The notes: generated by a model from the letters alone, not told the origin. A stretch of 64,000 nt of DNA from Octopus vulgaris (GCA_951406725.2 OX597824.1:76446001-76510000); one strand, 5' to 3'. Shown: positions 26,631 through 39,935, numbered from the stretch's first letter. Numbers and translations are program-made.

Positions 26631-27014
26631 TATTACATACACTCACACGCGCACACATACACACATACAGACACACACAAACAGACACAAACACACCCAC
26701 AATACACACATACACACACATGCTACATATAACGGGTGATAAGTTGGCAGAGCAGTTAGATCAGCGGCTAAAATGCTTTGCGGTAACTGCGGTGTTCTTG
26801 CTCATTACGTTCTGATACTAAATCCTGGCAAGTCTAAGTCTGAGTAATACGCCACATCCGCAGTGTTTTGGTTCGGTAAAATTCGATAAAATGAACGATC
26901 GGTCACGTACTGGCGTCGATGCTACCGACTAATGTTGTTTTCACAATCGCTGGTATTGCAACTAGAATTACAGTCCATGTGTGGGCGTGTTGATATCAAC
27001 AATAAAATAGTAAC

Positions 27015-27535
27015 AAGGCGGCAAGCTTGGCAGAAACGTTAGCACGCCGGGCGAAATGCTTAGCGGTATTTCGTCTGCTGTTACGTTCTGAGTTCAAATT
27101 CCGCCGGGGTCGACTCTGCCTTTCATGCTTTCGGGTTCGATAAATTAAGTACCAGTTACGCACTGGGGTTGATGTACTCAACTTAATCCGTTTGTCTGTC
27201 CTTGTTTGTCCTCTCTTGTGTTTAGCCCCTTGTGGGTAGTAAAGAAATAGGTATTTCGTCTGCCGCTACGTTCTGAGTTCAAATTCCGCCGAGGTCGACT
27301 TTGCCTTTCATCCTTTCGGGGCCGATTAAGTAAGTACCAGTTACGCACTGGGGTCGATGTAATCGACTTATCCGTTTGTCTGTCCTTGTTTTTCCCCTCT
27401 GTGTTTAGCCCCTTGTGGGTAGTAAAGAAATAGGTATTTCGTCTGCTGTTACGTTGTGAGTTCAAATTCCACCGAGGTCGACTCTGCCTTTCCTCCTTTC
27501 GGTGTCGATAAATTAAGTACCAGTTACGCACTGGT
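27015..27535 (+). mobile_element. SINE family B, one head plus three tandem body units
   Basis: ggtatttcgtctg recurs at about 27065, 27250 and 27433. Confidence 0.9.
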
Positions 27536-27951
27536 AAAAGAGTGAAAGAGACACGTGTGTATGTGTGTGTGTGAAATGGATGCATCATTGTATGTTGCAT
27601 GCGTATGTGAGGGAAGAAAGAGTGGCTTTTATACGTGTGTTTTTGTATATTTTGTCGATGCCTGAATAAGTAAGCATTCAGCTCTTGCGGACATGCGGTG
27701 AGATATAACTGCCGTTTTGTGGGCGTGCTAATGGCGCTATGACTATATGGCTGTGTGCTTGCGTATGAAACAGCGGGACCAGATTGGTGAGATAACTGTA
27801 CATGTAGAGGAGTCGTAATTAATGGAAATGTACGCACAAGAAAATAGGTTCGGTGAGGAAGTACATGTATAAATAATAAATATAATAATAAAATATAATA
27901 TAATATAATATAATATAATATAATATAATATAATGATAATATATATATATG

Positions 27952-27992
<41 letters not shown>

Positions 27993-28086
27993 ATATATAT
28001 ATCTATATCTATGTATGTATGTATGTATGTATGTATGTATGTATGTATGTATGTATATATATATATATATACATACATATGTATAT

Positions 28087-28120
<34 letters not shown>

Positions 28121-28592
28121 ATACATATATGTATATACATATATATATATATAAATATATATATATACATACATTTGTACATTTAGATTTGTATATATCA
28201 TAATTACATAGGTGTATGAGTGTGTGTATATATATGTGTGTGTGTGTGTGTGACAAGTTTATGTGAGAGTTTTGGTGCTGTGAGTCTGTGTACGAGTGTG
28301 TGCTATGTGCGTGTATGAGAATATGTGTTTGTGTTTGGTGGGAGGGGGCTGAGGTGTATGTGTGATAGGTGGGTTTGTGGGGGTGGAGGTGTGATTTATG
28401 GTATCATACATATGTTCCAGTTTCGCTTTACGATTTTCACAAAAATAATTTTCCGCTTTATGCTCAAGATTAACAAAATACACTCGGCACAGTAAAAAAA
28501 AAAAAACACACACACACACATACGCACACACACACACAAACACATACACACACATACACACACAAACATGCACGTACGCACACACACACACT

Positions 28593-28625
<33 letters not shown>

Positions 28626-29049
28626 GTACACGTCTACTTAAACACATACATTCACGCATACAAACAGACACACAGACGCACACACACTGACACACATACT
28701 CAAATATCCTTACACGCATACACACATATACACATACACACATACACTCGCACACATACACGTACACTGTGTTAACTTAAACATATAGGTACATACAATA
28801 ACACACGCATACATAGATTATCTTTACTGGGTTCAATCATCGCATGGCGGCCATGTTAGAAAGCTGCCATTTATGTATATATGATAGCTCACTCGTCAAA
28901 TATGGATGACGGCAAAGCTTTACGTTCTTATTCTATTTTTGTTAAGGTTATTTCTACAGATATTCTATTGAAACTGTAGCCGGCACTGAATTCTGCTACG
29001 TTTCGTATCGAGGCATCGAATGTAATCAAGGAATGAGATCGGAGACAAA

Positions 29050-29167
29050 AATGGGTAACCCGGTATTCGCGGGGATTACGTTCCTAGAGCACCCACGAAT
29101 AGTGAAAAAACTGCGAATATTGGACGTGGTCCATGAAAATGCCTATAAATGTCAAAATATAACGTAA

Positions 29168-29224
<57 letters not shown>

Positions 29225-30965
29225 TATATATACGAGCAAAACGCCCCCCGTCCAATGGACGGTGCTGAGTTGTCTAACATTTAAACCAAATTTTCTCAAA
29301 ACAACTTGTCTGACCGTCCCATAGGCCTCCCCTTTGAGAAACACTGATTTAACCTAAATTTGAGACACCAGCAAAAGAAGAAATAAAGATAGACTTTTTT
29401 TCTATTCCAAAGAAAAACCATTTCATTCACACAAATATGCAACCGAAGAGTTTAAAGTACCAGTAATGATAAGGCTGTTGACTGGGAGAACACAAAAACA
29501 ACAAAAAATGGAAGGTGCAGTTATGTACAGGTTGACGGAAGAAAAGCAGGACAAAACCGATGCATGCAAACGGATTAGCTGGAGGTAAATCTAGATGGAC
29601 GGATTATATATATTTATATATATTTGTACGTACAAATGCACGTTCCCACGGCTTTATCGATCGCATTCTCATTTTGAATCGATTTTTGTGTTTTTATCAA
29701 AACCTATACACGCCCTGATACCGTCGTTATCTACATATAAAATTTGAGCGCAATCGGATGGAGGATGCCCGAGATCCTAGAAGACACACACACACACACA
29801 GACAGAACGGATTTTATATAATAGATATACAATATTTAATAATAATTTAATAAACATTAAAGTAAAATGTACTGTTTCTCACCAATAATGAATAATATTG
29901 ATTTAAGACGATGATGATGAAAATAAGGAAGATAATGACTGTGCAGCAAAGAAGATTTAAAGCTCTTCAGGTGACGCCTCTTCTTCAGGTGTTTTAGGGG
30001 ATGTCGTATCTTCGTTGGTGGGCTTGATGAACATTGTGATGGGGAGTTGCTGTCGTTGTTTCCTCATGGTGATGAAGAGAGTTTTATATATCTGCACGGC
30101 AGCATCGATGGCATTTTTAAATTAGAGACCGAACCATATATTGCAATTCCTTTACTGTCCTTAAAACGTTGGACGGACGTTCGATTGCCAGGCACATCCC
30201 ATCCCTTCTTCCTCTGGATCTGGCGCTTCCCCTCCTCTTCGCTGGCAGACCTCGTTAACTCCAACAAATCTTCGTCTGTCAGGGTTTCAGACTGGGCATC
30301 GATGAGGTCTTTCACTTCATTTTGTGTGATATCATCAAAACTTTCGCCACCAAACAGCTTTGCCAGTTTCACCCCATTGTTGACAGCCTCGTGCTGAATA
30401 TCTTCAAGTGAAAAACGCTCGAAGTTCTGGACACACTCTGGCCACACCTTCTTCCAGCATGCGATGAGGGTTTTTTTCATGTCTTCAAGAGCAGCATGGA
30501 TGATTGACAGGCACGTTGCGATCATGAAGTTACGCCAGTACTCCTATAACTTGAAATTCTCGTCCGAATCCATTGCCTCCATAAGGTGTTGGAGAGAGTT
30601 CTGGGTGTAAAGTGCTTTGAAGGCACGGATCACGCCTTGATCCATAGCCTGGATGAAGGATGTTGTGTTGGCAGGGAGGAACTCAACTTGAACTCCCTCT
30701 TGATTCAAATCCAAAGAGTGACTACCAGCATTATCCATAACAAGCAACACCTTGAATTTCATGTATACATTTTGGAGGTATCCCTTGGTTTGAGGGATGA
30801 AACATTGGTGGAACCAATTCAAAGCTAGACTTTTGGTAATCCAGGCCTTGGGGTTGGGTATCCAGTGGATAGACAGCAGATTTTTATTCGTACTTTTGAA
30901 GGCCCTCGGGTTCGCGGAATAGTAGATAAGTCTTGGTTTTATCATGAAGCCAGCAGCATTGCCAC
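29050..30965 (-). pseudogene. Tigger/pogo-family DNA transposon remnant (DDE_1 transposase)
   Basis: ORFs 30544-30945 and 30064-30525: NPRAFK, NPKAWIT, KVLLVMDNAGSH, FLPANTTSFIQAMDQGVIRAFKALY. Tigger-like terminal sequence ggtattcgcggggattacgttcc near 29060. Confidence 0.85.
29233..29825 (-). mobile_element. Non-autonomous Helitron-like element nested in the Tigger
   Basis: Minus strand starts A|TCtattatataaaa and ends with hairpin CCGTCCA-T-TGGACGG, then CTCG|T (CTRR variant). Confidence 0.7.
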
Positions 30966-31731
30966 ACGCAGTTAGCAGTTAGCACATACATATTTGTAAT
31001 TTAAAATAATAATTATTATGTGTTTACGGAGATGTACTTGCATAGCAAGTGACCTGATCTGAGATCGTGTGCTGGAATGAAAACTTCCACGCTGCAATAA
31101 TAAAGGGTAAAATCATAAATGATTTTTACCATGTGGTCAGCGTGGAAATAAAACCTCGTAGGTAAATTTTTATAAATATTTTAAAACTATATATATAATT
31201 ATAACAAGGGCTTGGCTTGCGCCTCACCACGCACTGAAAAACAGACGTCAAAAGACACTATTGCCACCATAAGTTCTCCGATAATTATAAAATATTTATA
31301 ATTTAAACTATACATATGTGGATATGTGCGCGTTTATTACACTGGGATTCAAACACCGGTGCAGTCGAACCTATATAGTGTTCTTGTTGCTGATATCGAT
31401 CTGATTTGATTCCCTTACGTTTATTAATGTGAAATATACGGGAACTGTAATTCAAGTTTGTGCAGAATGTTAGCCATTTTGATTTATGAATACACTAGGA
31501 ATTTAATAGTGGCCTCCACTTACTAAAGAGTTTAACTGGTACTAGTTATTCGTGACCCGGAAAGAAATAAATCACTTTCCTGGTTTCTGAAATCGTACGA
31601 AACCTAAGACACGCCATTACGCACGAATAACAGTAAAAATAAGCACAAAGAATATATACATTCTTAGAAGTGTATGATTTATTCATCTATATGTACTTTT
31701 ATGTGTATATATATATGTGTGTATATATATA

Positions 31732-31776
<45 letters not shown>

Positions 31777-32011
31777 GCACACATGCACACACACACACAT
31801 ATATATATATATACATATATACATGTAGATAGGTACACACACACACACATACACACACATACGTATATATATATATATATATATATACATACACACATTT
31901 ATATATGTACGTGTGGGTGTACGTATGGGTATATGTAAGATATGTATGAATATATAGTACGTACTTACGTATGTATGTATTTTTGTATATGTATATATGT
32001 GTGTGTGTGAG

Positions 32012-32044
<33 letters not shown>

Positions 32045-32542
32045 ATATATATACGTGTGTGTGTGTATGTGTGTATGTATATATGTATGTATATATGTAT
32101 ATACACGCATGCGTAAATACAAACACAAACAAGCACATAAATATATGACCCCAATTCACTGCGTATAGTTTCCATATGGGCGAGGATCAGATGAAGGCTT
32201 TCTCAGTACCACCACCCCACCATCAGGACAATGTTTATATACGTGTGTCGTGTGCGCGCGTGTGCGCGCGTGTTTGCGTGTGCGTATATGTATTCGCATA
32301 AATACATACATGTTTAAATACATACATACATACATACATCTATATACATATACATATATGCATATCTACGTATATATTTTCTATATTACGCGTATATGCG
32401 TATAGGTATGTATGTATGTATGTATATATTTATGTACATATGTATGTATGTATGTATGTATGTATGCATGTATGTATGTATGTATAGATGTATGCATGTA
32501 TGTATGTATGTATGTATGCATGTACATATGTATGTATGTATG

Positions 32543-32574
<32 letters not shown>

Positions 32575-33399
32575 CATGTATGTATGTATATATGCATGTG
32601 CATATGTATGTATGTATATATGTATATATGTATGTACATATGTATGTATGTATGTATATATGTATGCATGTATGTGTCACTGTATCAATCAGATTATCTG
32701 ATATTGTTATACATCGCTAGCGGCAATGCACTTTCAATTCTTTCTTGATTGCACTATTCTTCTCTGTTTTGGCACAAATCGTTTAAATAAATCGTCTTCC
32801 TCTCGTCATGATGGCGTCCCGATTAGCCTTTTGCGAACTCTTGGCTACAACTCGGCAACTGCACAGATCGACCTGGTATCTGTGAACATTACGACTTCTC
32901 CGCTCCAGCAGAACTTGGATTTCATTTATAAACACAAAATTGTGGAGCACTCAACGAAACCATACGAGAATATTTCTTCGAATCTTCCGATATTTCAACC
33001 CTGTTAACCACATCTCATCCTCCAATTCACTACAGCAGTGGGTGCATACATAACCAGGATTATTTGAATAACTAGTTTCCTGGGGTATAAGTTAACCAAA
33101 TAAACGCATCTCTCTTTCTAAAATACAATTACGGCCCGGGTATAATATAAACGTGTCCTTAACGTAAGCAAGGAATTTCAATCGTGTTTCGTGGTCTGCT
33201 ACCACAACAGCTCCTTTATAGGATCCAGTTAGCTCAAGACATCATCAGGAGGAACCACGTCCGGTTTCGGCCCCTACTCCTCTACCATTTTGACGTGGCA
33301 CCCCCTCGACCTTTCGGAGGTGTCTTCAGCTCTGGCGTTGGATGCATGTCTTTTTCTTCTTTCTTCTGTTCCCTGGCCTCAACTGTCTCAACTTTAACT

Positions 33400-33770
33400 G
33401 ACCAATGAAGGCGCGTAGTCTTAGCTCACGCATTCTCTAAACGACCGTCACCTGTCAGTCAGTGAAGCTAATTCAGTGTCAGCTTGTCACACCTAGTGGT
33501 GTTATTTTCCGCCGGCATGTTATGACTTTCAAACCATTTTTGGTCTTCCCGCTTCAGCCATGTATATAGAAGCTGGCTTTTTCGACCACCTCCTGTACTC
33601 TCCTTATTGTTTTCTCAGCTCCGAGCTAGAAAAAACAAATCTTCTTTTGAATAGCGTTGTCATTTTTCTTTCAATGAAGCCGCTAGCACCTACTGCCAGG
33701 TGGTAAAACTCGATATGCCATCCCTGTTCTCTGCACTCTTCGATTAGTTTTTCGTACAAGAAAGGTTAAG
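33400..33770 (-). pseudogene. 3' end of a Hero-like RLE LINE
   Basis: KLIEECREQGWHIEFYHLAVGASGFIE...VVEKAS..WLKRED, matching the GW....EVG.RGF...AE.AS..W.KR pattern. Confidence 0.65.
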
Positions 33771-34075
33771 ACTAATCAACTGGATGTTGATGCCAAGGAC
33801 CAATAGTAGAAGTGATTCCTTTTAATCGAAGAATCAATTCCAAAATTGAATAAAGTATCCCTAAACGATATTGAGAAGTAATAGATATGTCTGGTTTTCA
33901 ATTCATTTAACATACCGGAAGATAATATTGTCCCAGGTATGAATAAGCATGATTTAATATGGTGTCATTTCATTCGTTTTGAAATTGTGCGTTTTATATT
34001 TATTATTGTTTTAGTTTAAAATAGAACTATGAGGCCGTTTAATTTGGATTTGTTTAGAAATACATTATCAATGTA

Positions 34076-34633
34076 TTGGATTGTCCGGAAAGTTCGAGCC
34101 GATTTATAATAGCTTACCTTTCGGCTTATCTTAGAACATGGTTGAGTGCATAAAATAGGATTTCACTACACCTCCATTTAGAGCACAGCTTAAGCTATCT
34201 TTTCATGGAAGAAGGTTTATAACCTATTTTAATTCTGTAACCATATAAAATGGAAGATAAGAAAGTTCATTTTCGGCACTTGATGCTTTGGGAACCAGAT
34301 AAAAATTGCTGCATCTCGGCTGGGATGTATTACCCCATCCTCCATATTCACCAGATTTTGCTCCTACGGATTTCCAATTATTCAGGTCTCTGCAGAATAA
34401 TCTTAATGGTAAAAATTTCAATTCCTTGGATGACGTAAAAAGATACCTTGATGAATTCTTTGCCATGAAACCACCTGAATTCTGGGAAGGGGATATTTTC
34501 AAGTTAAAGGAAAGATGGAGACGCATTGAGCAACAAAATGGTTCATATTTGGTTGATTAAAAATATAATGGCAAGTATTTATGGACCTTTTTCTTTCCTT
34601 TACAAATCGGCACGAACTTTCCGGACAACCCAA
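34076..34633 (+). mobile_element. Internally deleted mariner (DD34D) element with both TIRs
   Basis: TA-ttggattgtccggaaagttcgagccgattt ... aaatcggcacgaactttccggacaacccaa-TA; MEDKKVHFRHLMLWE fused to GWDVLPHPPYSPDFAPTDFQLFRSL. Confidence 0.92.
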
Positions 34634-34724
34634 TATTTGACTAATGCTCACAACTCCACGCATTTCTCTTTTCATATACATAAATATGCGAATAAATATA
34701 TGTATAATAATAATAATAATAATA

Positions 34725-34990
34725 ATGAAAATATTGTATACAGTGCTCAGGTGCACCACAACTTGTCAGAATGTGCATATAAAGTACATGCAGTAATGTA
34801 ACAATGTCTGGAAAGCGAACAATGTATGAGTCAGATACATGCTTGTGTGTGTATGGAGGGGAGAAAATCAGGTGTAGTGTTGGCGAATCTCAGAAAGCAT
34901 GGAAGTTTTGAAGGATTCAGTGCTCTGGCAACTAACAACTGATGCCGGCAGTCTGTTCTATGCTTCAGCAACTCTCAGCGTATAAAAAAC
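34725..34990 (-). mobile_element. 3' end of a CR1-clade LINE
   Basis: FYTLRVAEA*NRLPASVVSCQSTESFKTSM (the RV..WN.LP..VV..S...FK motif), then a 3' UTR and (ATT)n tail. Confidence 0.75.
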
Positions 34991-35540
34991 TCTCAGCGTA
35001 TATAAATATGTGTATATGTGTGTATGTATATAGATATGTAGACAGATATGCATATCTGCTTGAATATGTGTGTGTGTGTGTGTGTGTGTTAAAAACATTA
35101 ATATCAATCATTAAATATGTAAATGGTTTCCAGTTGATTACGAAAATGCAAATTTAATACATTTATTCCATAGAATTTCGGTGTATAATTCAGTAAACGG
35201 CTAATATTCTGTGAGACAGATATTTTCCGCTGCCTTTCAAGGTCAATGCATGCATTGAGGAGCAAAAATATTAATTCCACATGCTGTGAGTTCTTCTCCA
35301 CAATGAATTAATCATGGTGTCATTGAATAAAAGGCAATATCTGCATCAGCTCAATTACACTGTGGAGCGAGGTGTATGCGCCAATTGCCAATGTGCATGT
35401 CTCGCTTGTGTTTGGGACACAACTTGATAAAGCTAATTTTCTGAAGCTTAATATTTCACCAGAGGATTAAAAAACAAAACAAAACCAAACACACGCTAAT
35501 AATGTACATATATACATATGGGGGTGAGAGACTACACAAA

Positions 35541-35601
<61 letters not shown>

Positions 35602-35782
35602 TGATATCAGAGTAATACAATTTTAGAAATTTCTACTACCAGTGGCCTAGCGTAAAAAAAAAAATTAGTCAATAGACTATATATTATTCATATAAAATAC
35701 AGTGTACATTAAAGCACATTAAGAGGATTCCATCATAGGAATCCATTACGCTAGAAAGGACAGTTAAAGTCCAAACCACTAA

Positions 35783-35932
35783 TTATTGAGTAAGTGAGAG
35801 AGCAGTGCATTCCGTCAGAGTGACACTTGGGTAAAATATACGAAGCTTACTGTACTCATCATGACTACACATGCCCTTGTGTAGTCATAATGAGTGTCAC
35901 TTTGACGGAATGCACTGCTCTCTCACTTACTC

Positions 35933-35938
<6 letters not shown>
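35783..35938. repeat. Fold-back of the 3' tail of the (AAT)n-flanked element
   Basis: ttattgagtaagtgagagagcagtgcattccgtcagagtgacact versus agtgtcactttgacggaatgcactgctctctcacttactcaataa; inner arms actcatcatgactacaca / tgtgtagtcataatgagt. Confidence 0.88.
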
Positions 35939-35976
<38 letters not shown>

Positions 35977-35990
35977 TAATAATAATAATA

Positions 35991-36468
35991 ACCAAACGTC
36001 ACAGAAAACGAGAAAGTAACCATACTCTGGGATATGCCGATACACACAGATAGAGAAATTAAGGCCAACAGACCAGATATAGTTGTCAGAGATCATGAAA
36101 AAAAAAGCTTTCTAATTGATGTATCAATACCGGCAGATGACAACGTGTCTCTAAAAGAAATGGAGAAACTCTCAAAATACAAAGACCTGGAAATAGAGGT
36201 AACCAGAATGTGGAATCTAAAAACAGAAACAATTCCTATCATAGTAGGTGCATTAGGCATGATAAAAAAATATTCAGACAAATACATAACAAAAACACCA
36301 GGACTTACAAACACATATAACATACAGAAAATTGCACTACTAGGCACTGCACACATCCTACGCAGAACACTTTCTATACAATAACCATCAGAGCATCACA
36401 ACAAATCACAGCACATACCTAAGGCACACTCGGTAGTGAAGTGAACGCACGCTATAAAAATAAAACTA

Positions 36469-36471
<3 letters not shown>
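35991..36471 (+). mobile_element. R4/Dong-type LINE 3' fragment in (AAT)n
   Basis: TILWDMPIHTDREIKANRPDIVV..IDVSIP..EKLSKYKDLEIE..PIIVGALG; (AAT)n on both sides. Confidence 0.9.
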
Positions 36472-36533
<62 letters not shown>

Positions 36534-36535
36534 TG

Positions 36536-36572
<37 letters not shown>

Positions 36573-36641
36573 TAATAATAATAATAATAATAATAATAAT
36601 AGTAGTAGTAATAATAATAATAGTAGTAGTAATAATAATAG

Positions 36642-36975
36642 CAAAAATAGAAGAGTGCTATTGTTATCAAGTGAACGATATTTCGATATCTCGTGTGTCT
36701 TCCACAGGTTCAAAAAAGAAACTTGTGAATCTCCTTCATTTTCGTCAATATATATAGGACTGTGGTAAGTCATCCAGAAGACATAGAAACAAAAATAGAA
36801 GAGTGCCATTGTTGTCAAGTGAACGATAAATTAACCAAAATGAAGAAGATTGACAAGTTTATTTTTTGAACCCGTGGAAAACACACGAGATGTCGAAATA
36901 TCGTTCACTTGATAACAATGGCACTCTTCTATTTTTGGTTCTATATCTTCTGGAAGAGTTACCTTAATCCTATAT

Positions 36976-36980
<5 letters not shown>
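36642..36980. repeat. Compound inverted/direct repeat between (AAT)n tracts
   Basis: 36642-36743 is inverted at 36836-36936; 36745-36828 is inverted at 36900-36980. Confidence 0.8.
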
Positions 36981-37016
<36 letters not shown>

Positions 37017-37028
37017 TAATAATAATAA

Positions 37029-37583
37029 TGCCCTGATGCAGTACCAGGCAGTGGCTCTCATGGCTTCTGATCTTAACTGATTGGAAGTGTTATCATGTAC
37101 ATTGTTTTGTCTTGGTATAAAAGATGGGCTACAGCAAATATTCTGCTCAATACCACAGATTTGCTTGTCAGTTGTTTGACCTTAACCAGTTGAGCATGTC
37201 CGTTAGTGGCTGACGATATGTGCATCTCTGATCACGAGCAGAAGTAGTGGGGGAGCATCATAGCCATGTGTTGAGAGGGATGCTTTGGGGTTTGAATAGT
37301 TCACCTCTGGAAACATGGGTGGTTCTTTCAACATCCTTAAACAACCTTATTCAGGGACCGTTTGAGCGGGATGGGCTACTCAACCTGAAGAAAATTCAAA
37401 CTGGGCCCCACCTGCAAGGTCATGTGCTGTTTATCTTGATATGAGATCACCATGTCGCGCACATATGGTTGTGATGCATGTGCCTGGTGTACCTTTATCA
37501 GACGGGTAGTCATGATGGGTATATTGGGCTTCGTATATTTTACCCCAGTGTCACTTTGATGGCATGAACTGCTCTCTCACTCA
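37029..37583 (+). mobile_element. About 555-bp non-coding element flanked by (AAT)n (non-autonomous retroelement candidate)
   Basis: No credible ORF; partial copies at 9775, 12235, 35783, 39417 and 39641, mostly abutting (AAT)n. Confidence 0.75.
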
Positions 37584-37598
37584 ATAATAATAATAATA

Positions 37599-37666
37599 AT
37601 GTGGTCTAGTGGTCAGGATTCCTGGCTTTCACCCAGGCGGCCCGGGTTCGATTACCTACATGGGAA
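37599..37666 (+). pseudogene. tRNA-Glu(TTC) pseudogene, 5' acceptor strand truncated
   Basis: atgtggtctagtggtcaggatt cctgg ctTTCac ccagg cggc ccggg ttcgatt accta catgggaa; the 5' TCCC is missing and the T stem is damaged. Confidence 0.85.
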
Positions 37667-37677
37667 CACTATGTTAT

Positions 37678-37843
37678 AGACGCAGGATTGGCTGTGTGGT
37701 AAGTAGCTTGCTAACCAGCCACATGGTTCCGGGTTCAGTCCCACTGCGTGGCATCTTGGGCAAGTGTCTTCTGCTATGGCCCCGGGCCGACCAATGCCTT
37801 GTGAGTGGATTTGGGAGACGGAAACTGAAAGAAGCCTGTCGTA

Positions 37844-37896
<53 letters not shown>

Positions 37897-38122
37897 GTGT
37901 GTGTGTGTTTGTGTTTCTGTGTTTGTCCCCCTAGCATTGCTTGACAACCGATGCTGGTGTATTTACGTCCCCGTCACTTAGCGGTTCGGCAAAAGAGACC
38001 GATAGAATAAGTACTGAGCTTACAAAGAATAAGTCCCGGGGCCGAAGTGCTCGACTAAAGGCGGTGCTCCAGCATGGCCGAAGTCAAATGACTGAAACAA
38101 GTAAAAGAGTAAAAGAGAGTAA
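37678..38122 (+). mobile_element. SINE family A, full length
   Basis: Consensus match. Confidence 0.9.
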
Positions 38123-38164
38123 AGAGATAATAATATTATTAATAATAATAATAATAATGATAAT

Positions 38165-39343
38165 AACTTGTCTCAAAACATGAAAACAAGAAAGCATCAT
38201 ACTCAGTCACAAAACAGGCAAAGGAATATCTAAGTGAATTCCGAATACAACCAATTTCGGAATTAGCGATAGACATACAAGAAACAAGCACAGAAAAAGC
38301 TAGGCGCATGAAAACCCGTGCCAAAACTGCGGCCTTAGATATTCTAAATGGCAAGAAAAACCTCTCTATGGCAAATACCCAAAGAGAGCGAATAATGCAG
38401 ATATCGACAAAGCCCTGACCCATCAATGGCTAATGGCCTCTGGCTTAAAATCTGAAACAGAGGGGTTTATCATAGCAGCTCAAGATCAATGCCTGCCAAC
38501 AAGAAACTACCAGGCCAACATATTAAAGAACGGCAGTAGCCCAACATGTCGTGTATGCCGACAACAAAATGAAACCATTGATCATGTTGTCTCCAAATGC
38601 AGTCTTCTAGCGCCTACAGAGTACCTCAATAGGCATGATAGAGCTGCACAATATATTCACTGGGTAAGTTGCAAAAACCTGGATTTTCCCCATGAAAAAA
38701 AAACTGGTGGGAACACAATCCACCTCCAGTGTTTGAAAATGACCACATCTCACTCCTCTGGAACTTCACCATTCAAACTGACAGGAAGATAGATGCAAAT
38801 AGGCCAGACATCATATTGAAAGACTTCAGACAAAGAACATGCCTCCTCATTGATATGACTGTCCCAATCGATATAAACGTATCTGTCAAGACCTACCAAA
38901 AACTGAGCAAATATAAAGATCTTGAAATAGAAATCAGCAAAATGTGGAAGCTGAAGACTAAAACAATACCTGTTGTCATAGGTGCCCTGGGAATGATAGC
39001 GAAAGGGACTGATTGCTACCTAACTCAGATACCAGGAAACCCCAAAATGGCAGAAATTCAAAAGATAGTGCTCATGGGAACTGCTCATATCCTACGCAAA
39101 ATACTCTCTATGTAATCCCAAGGTTTAAAACAAACTTTTTTATTTTTATTTTTATTTTTTATTTTTTTTTAATTAAAAATTTTTTTTATTTTTATTTTTA
39201 TGTATTAGACATTCACTAGTACAACCCCCCACCCAAAAAAACCCCCAAATATATGGCACAGAACTTCCAACCTGTTGTCTCTTGAGGTCTCTGGGTGAGA
39301 CTTAGAGCCAACTTGTACAGACATAAAGCAAATATCAAACATA
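38165..39343 (+). mobile_element. R4/Dong-type LINE 3' fragment, frameshifted, a different subfamily
   Basis: AAQDQ, CRVC..ETIDHVVSKC, RHD, NRPD..IDMTVP..KLSKYKDL, PVVIGALG; stop at 39115; (AAT)n on both sides. Confidence 0.9.
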
Positions 39344-39413
<70 letters not shown>

Positions 39414-39416
39414 TAA

Positions 39417-39566
39417 TTATGTGATGCATGTGCCTAGTGTACCCTTATCAGACGGGTAGTCATGATGGATATATTGGGCTTCATATATTTTACTCCAGTG
39501 TCACTTTGGTGGCATGCACTGCCTTCTCACTCAATAATAATAATAATAATGATGATGATGATGATG

Positions 39567-39640
<74 letters not shown>

Positions 39641-39789
39641 TATGTGATGCATGTGCCTAGTGTACCCTTATCAGACGGGTAGTCATGATGGATATATTGG
39701 GCTTCATATATTTTACTCCAGTGTCACTTTGGTGGCATGCACTGCCTTCTCACTCAATAATAATAATAATAATGATGATGATGATGATG

Positions 39790-39844
<55 letters not shown>

Positions 39845-39861
39845 TGATGATGATGATGATG

Positions 39862-39900
<39 letters not shown>
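39417..39900 (+). repeat. 223-bp tandem duplication of the element tail plus (AAT)/(GAT) microsatellite
   Basis: tatgtgatgcatgtgcctag...ccttctcactcaat is identical at about 39418 and 39641. Confidence 0.9.

Positions 39901-39935
<35 letters not shown>

Noticed and set aside
32720-33400. Possible RTE endonuclease remnant (YAPT on the minus strand near 33040)
   Set aside because: A single short motif in heavily degraded sequence.
37029-37050. Similarity to U2 snRNA 3' region (tgcagtacc)
   Set aside because: Only about 9 nt match; no other U2 features.
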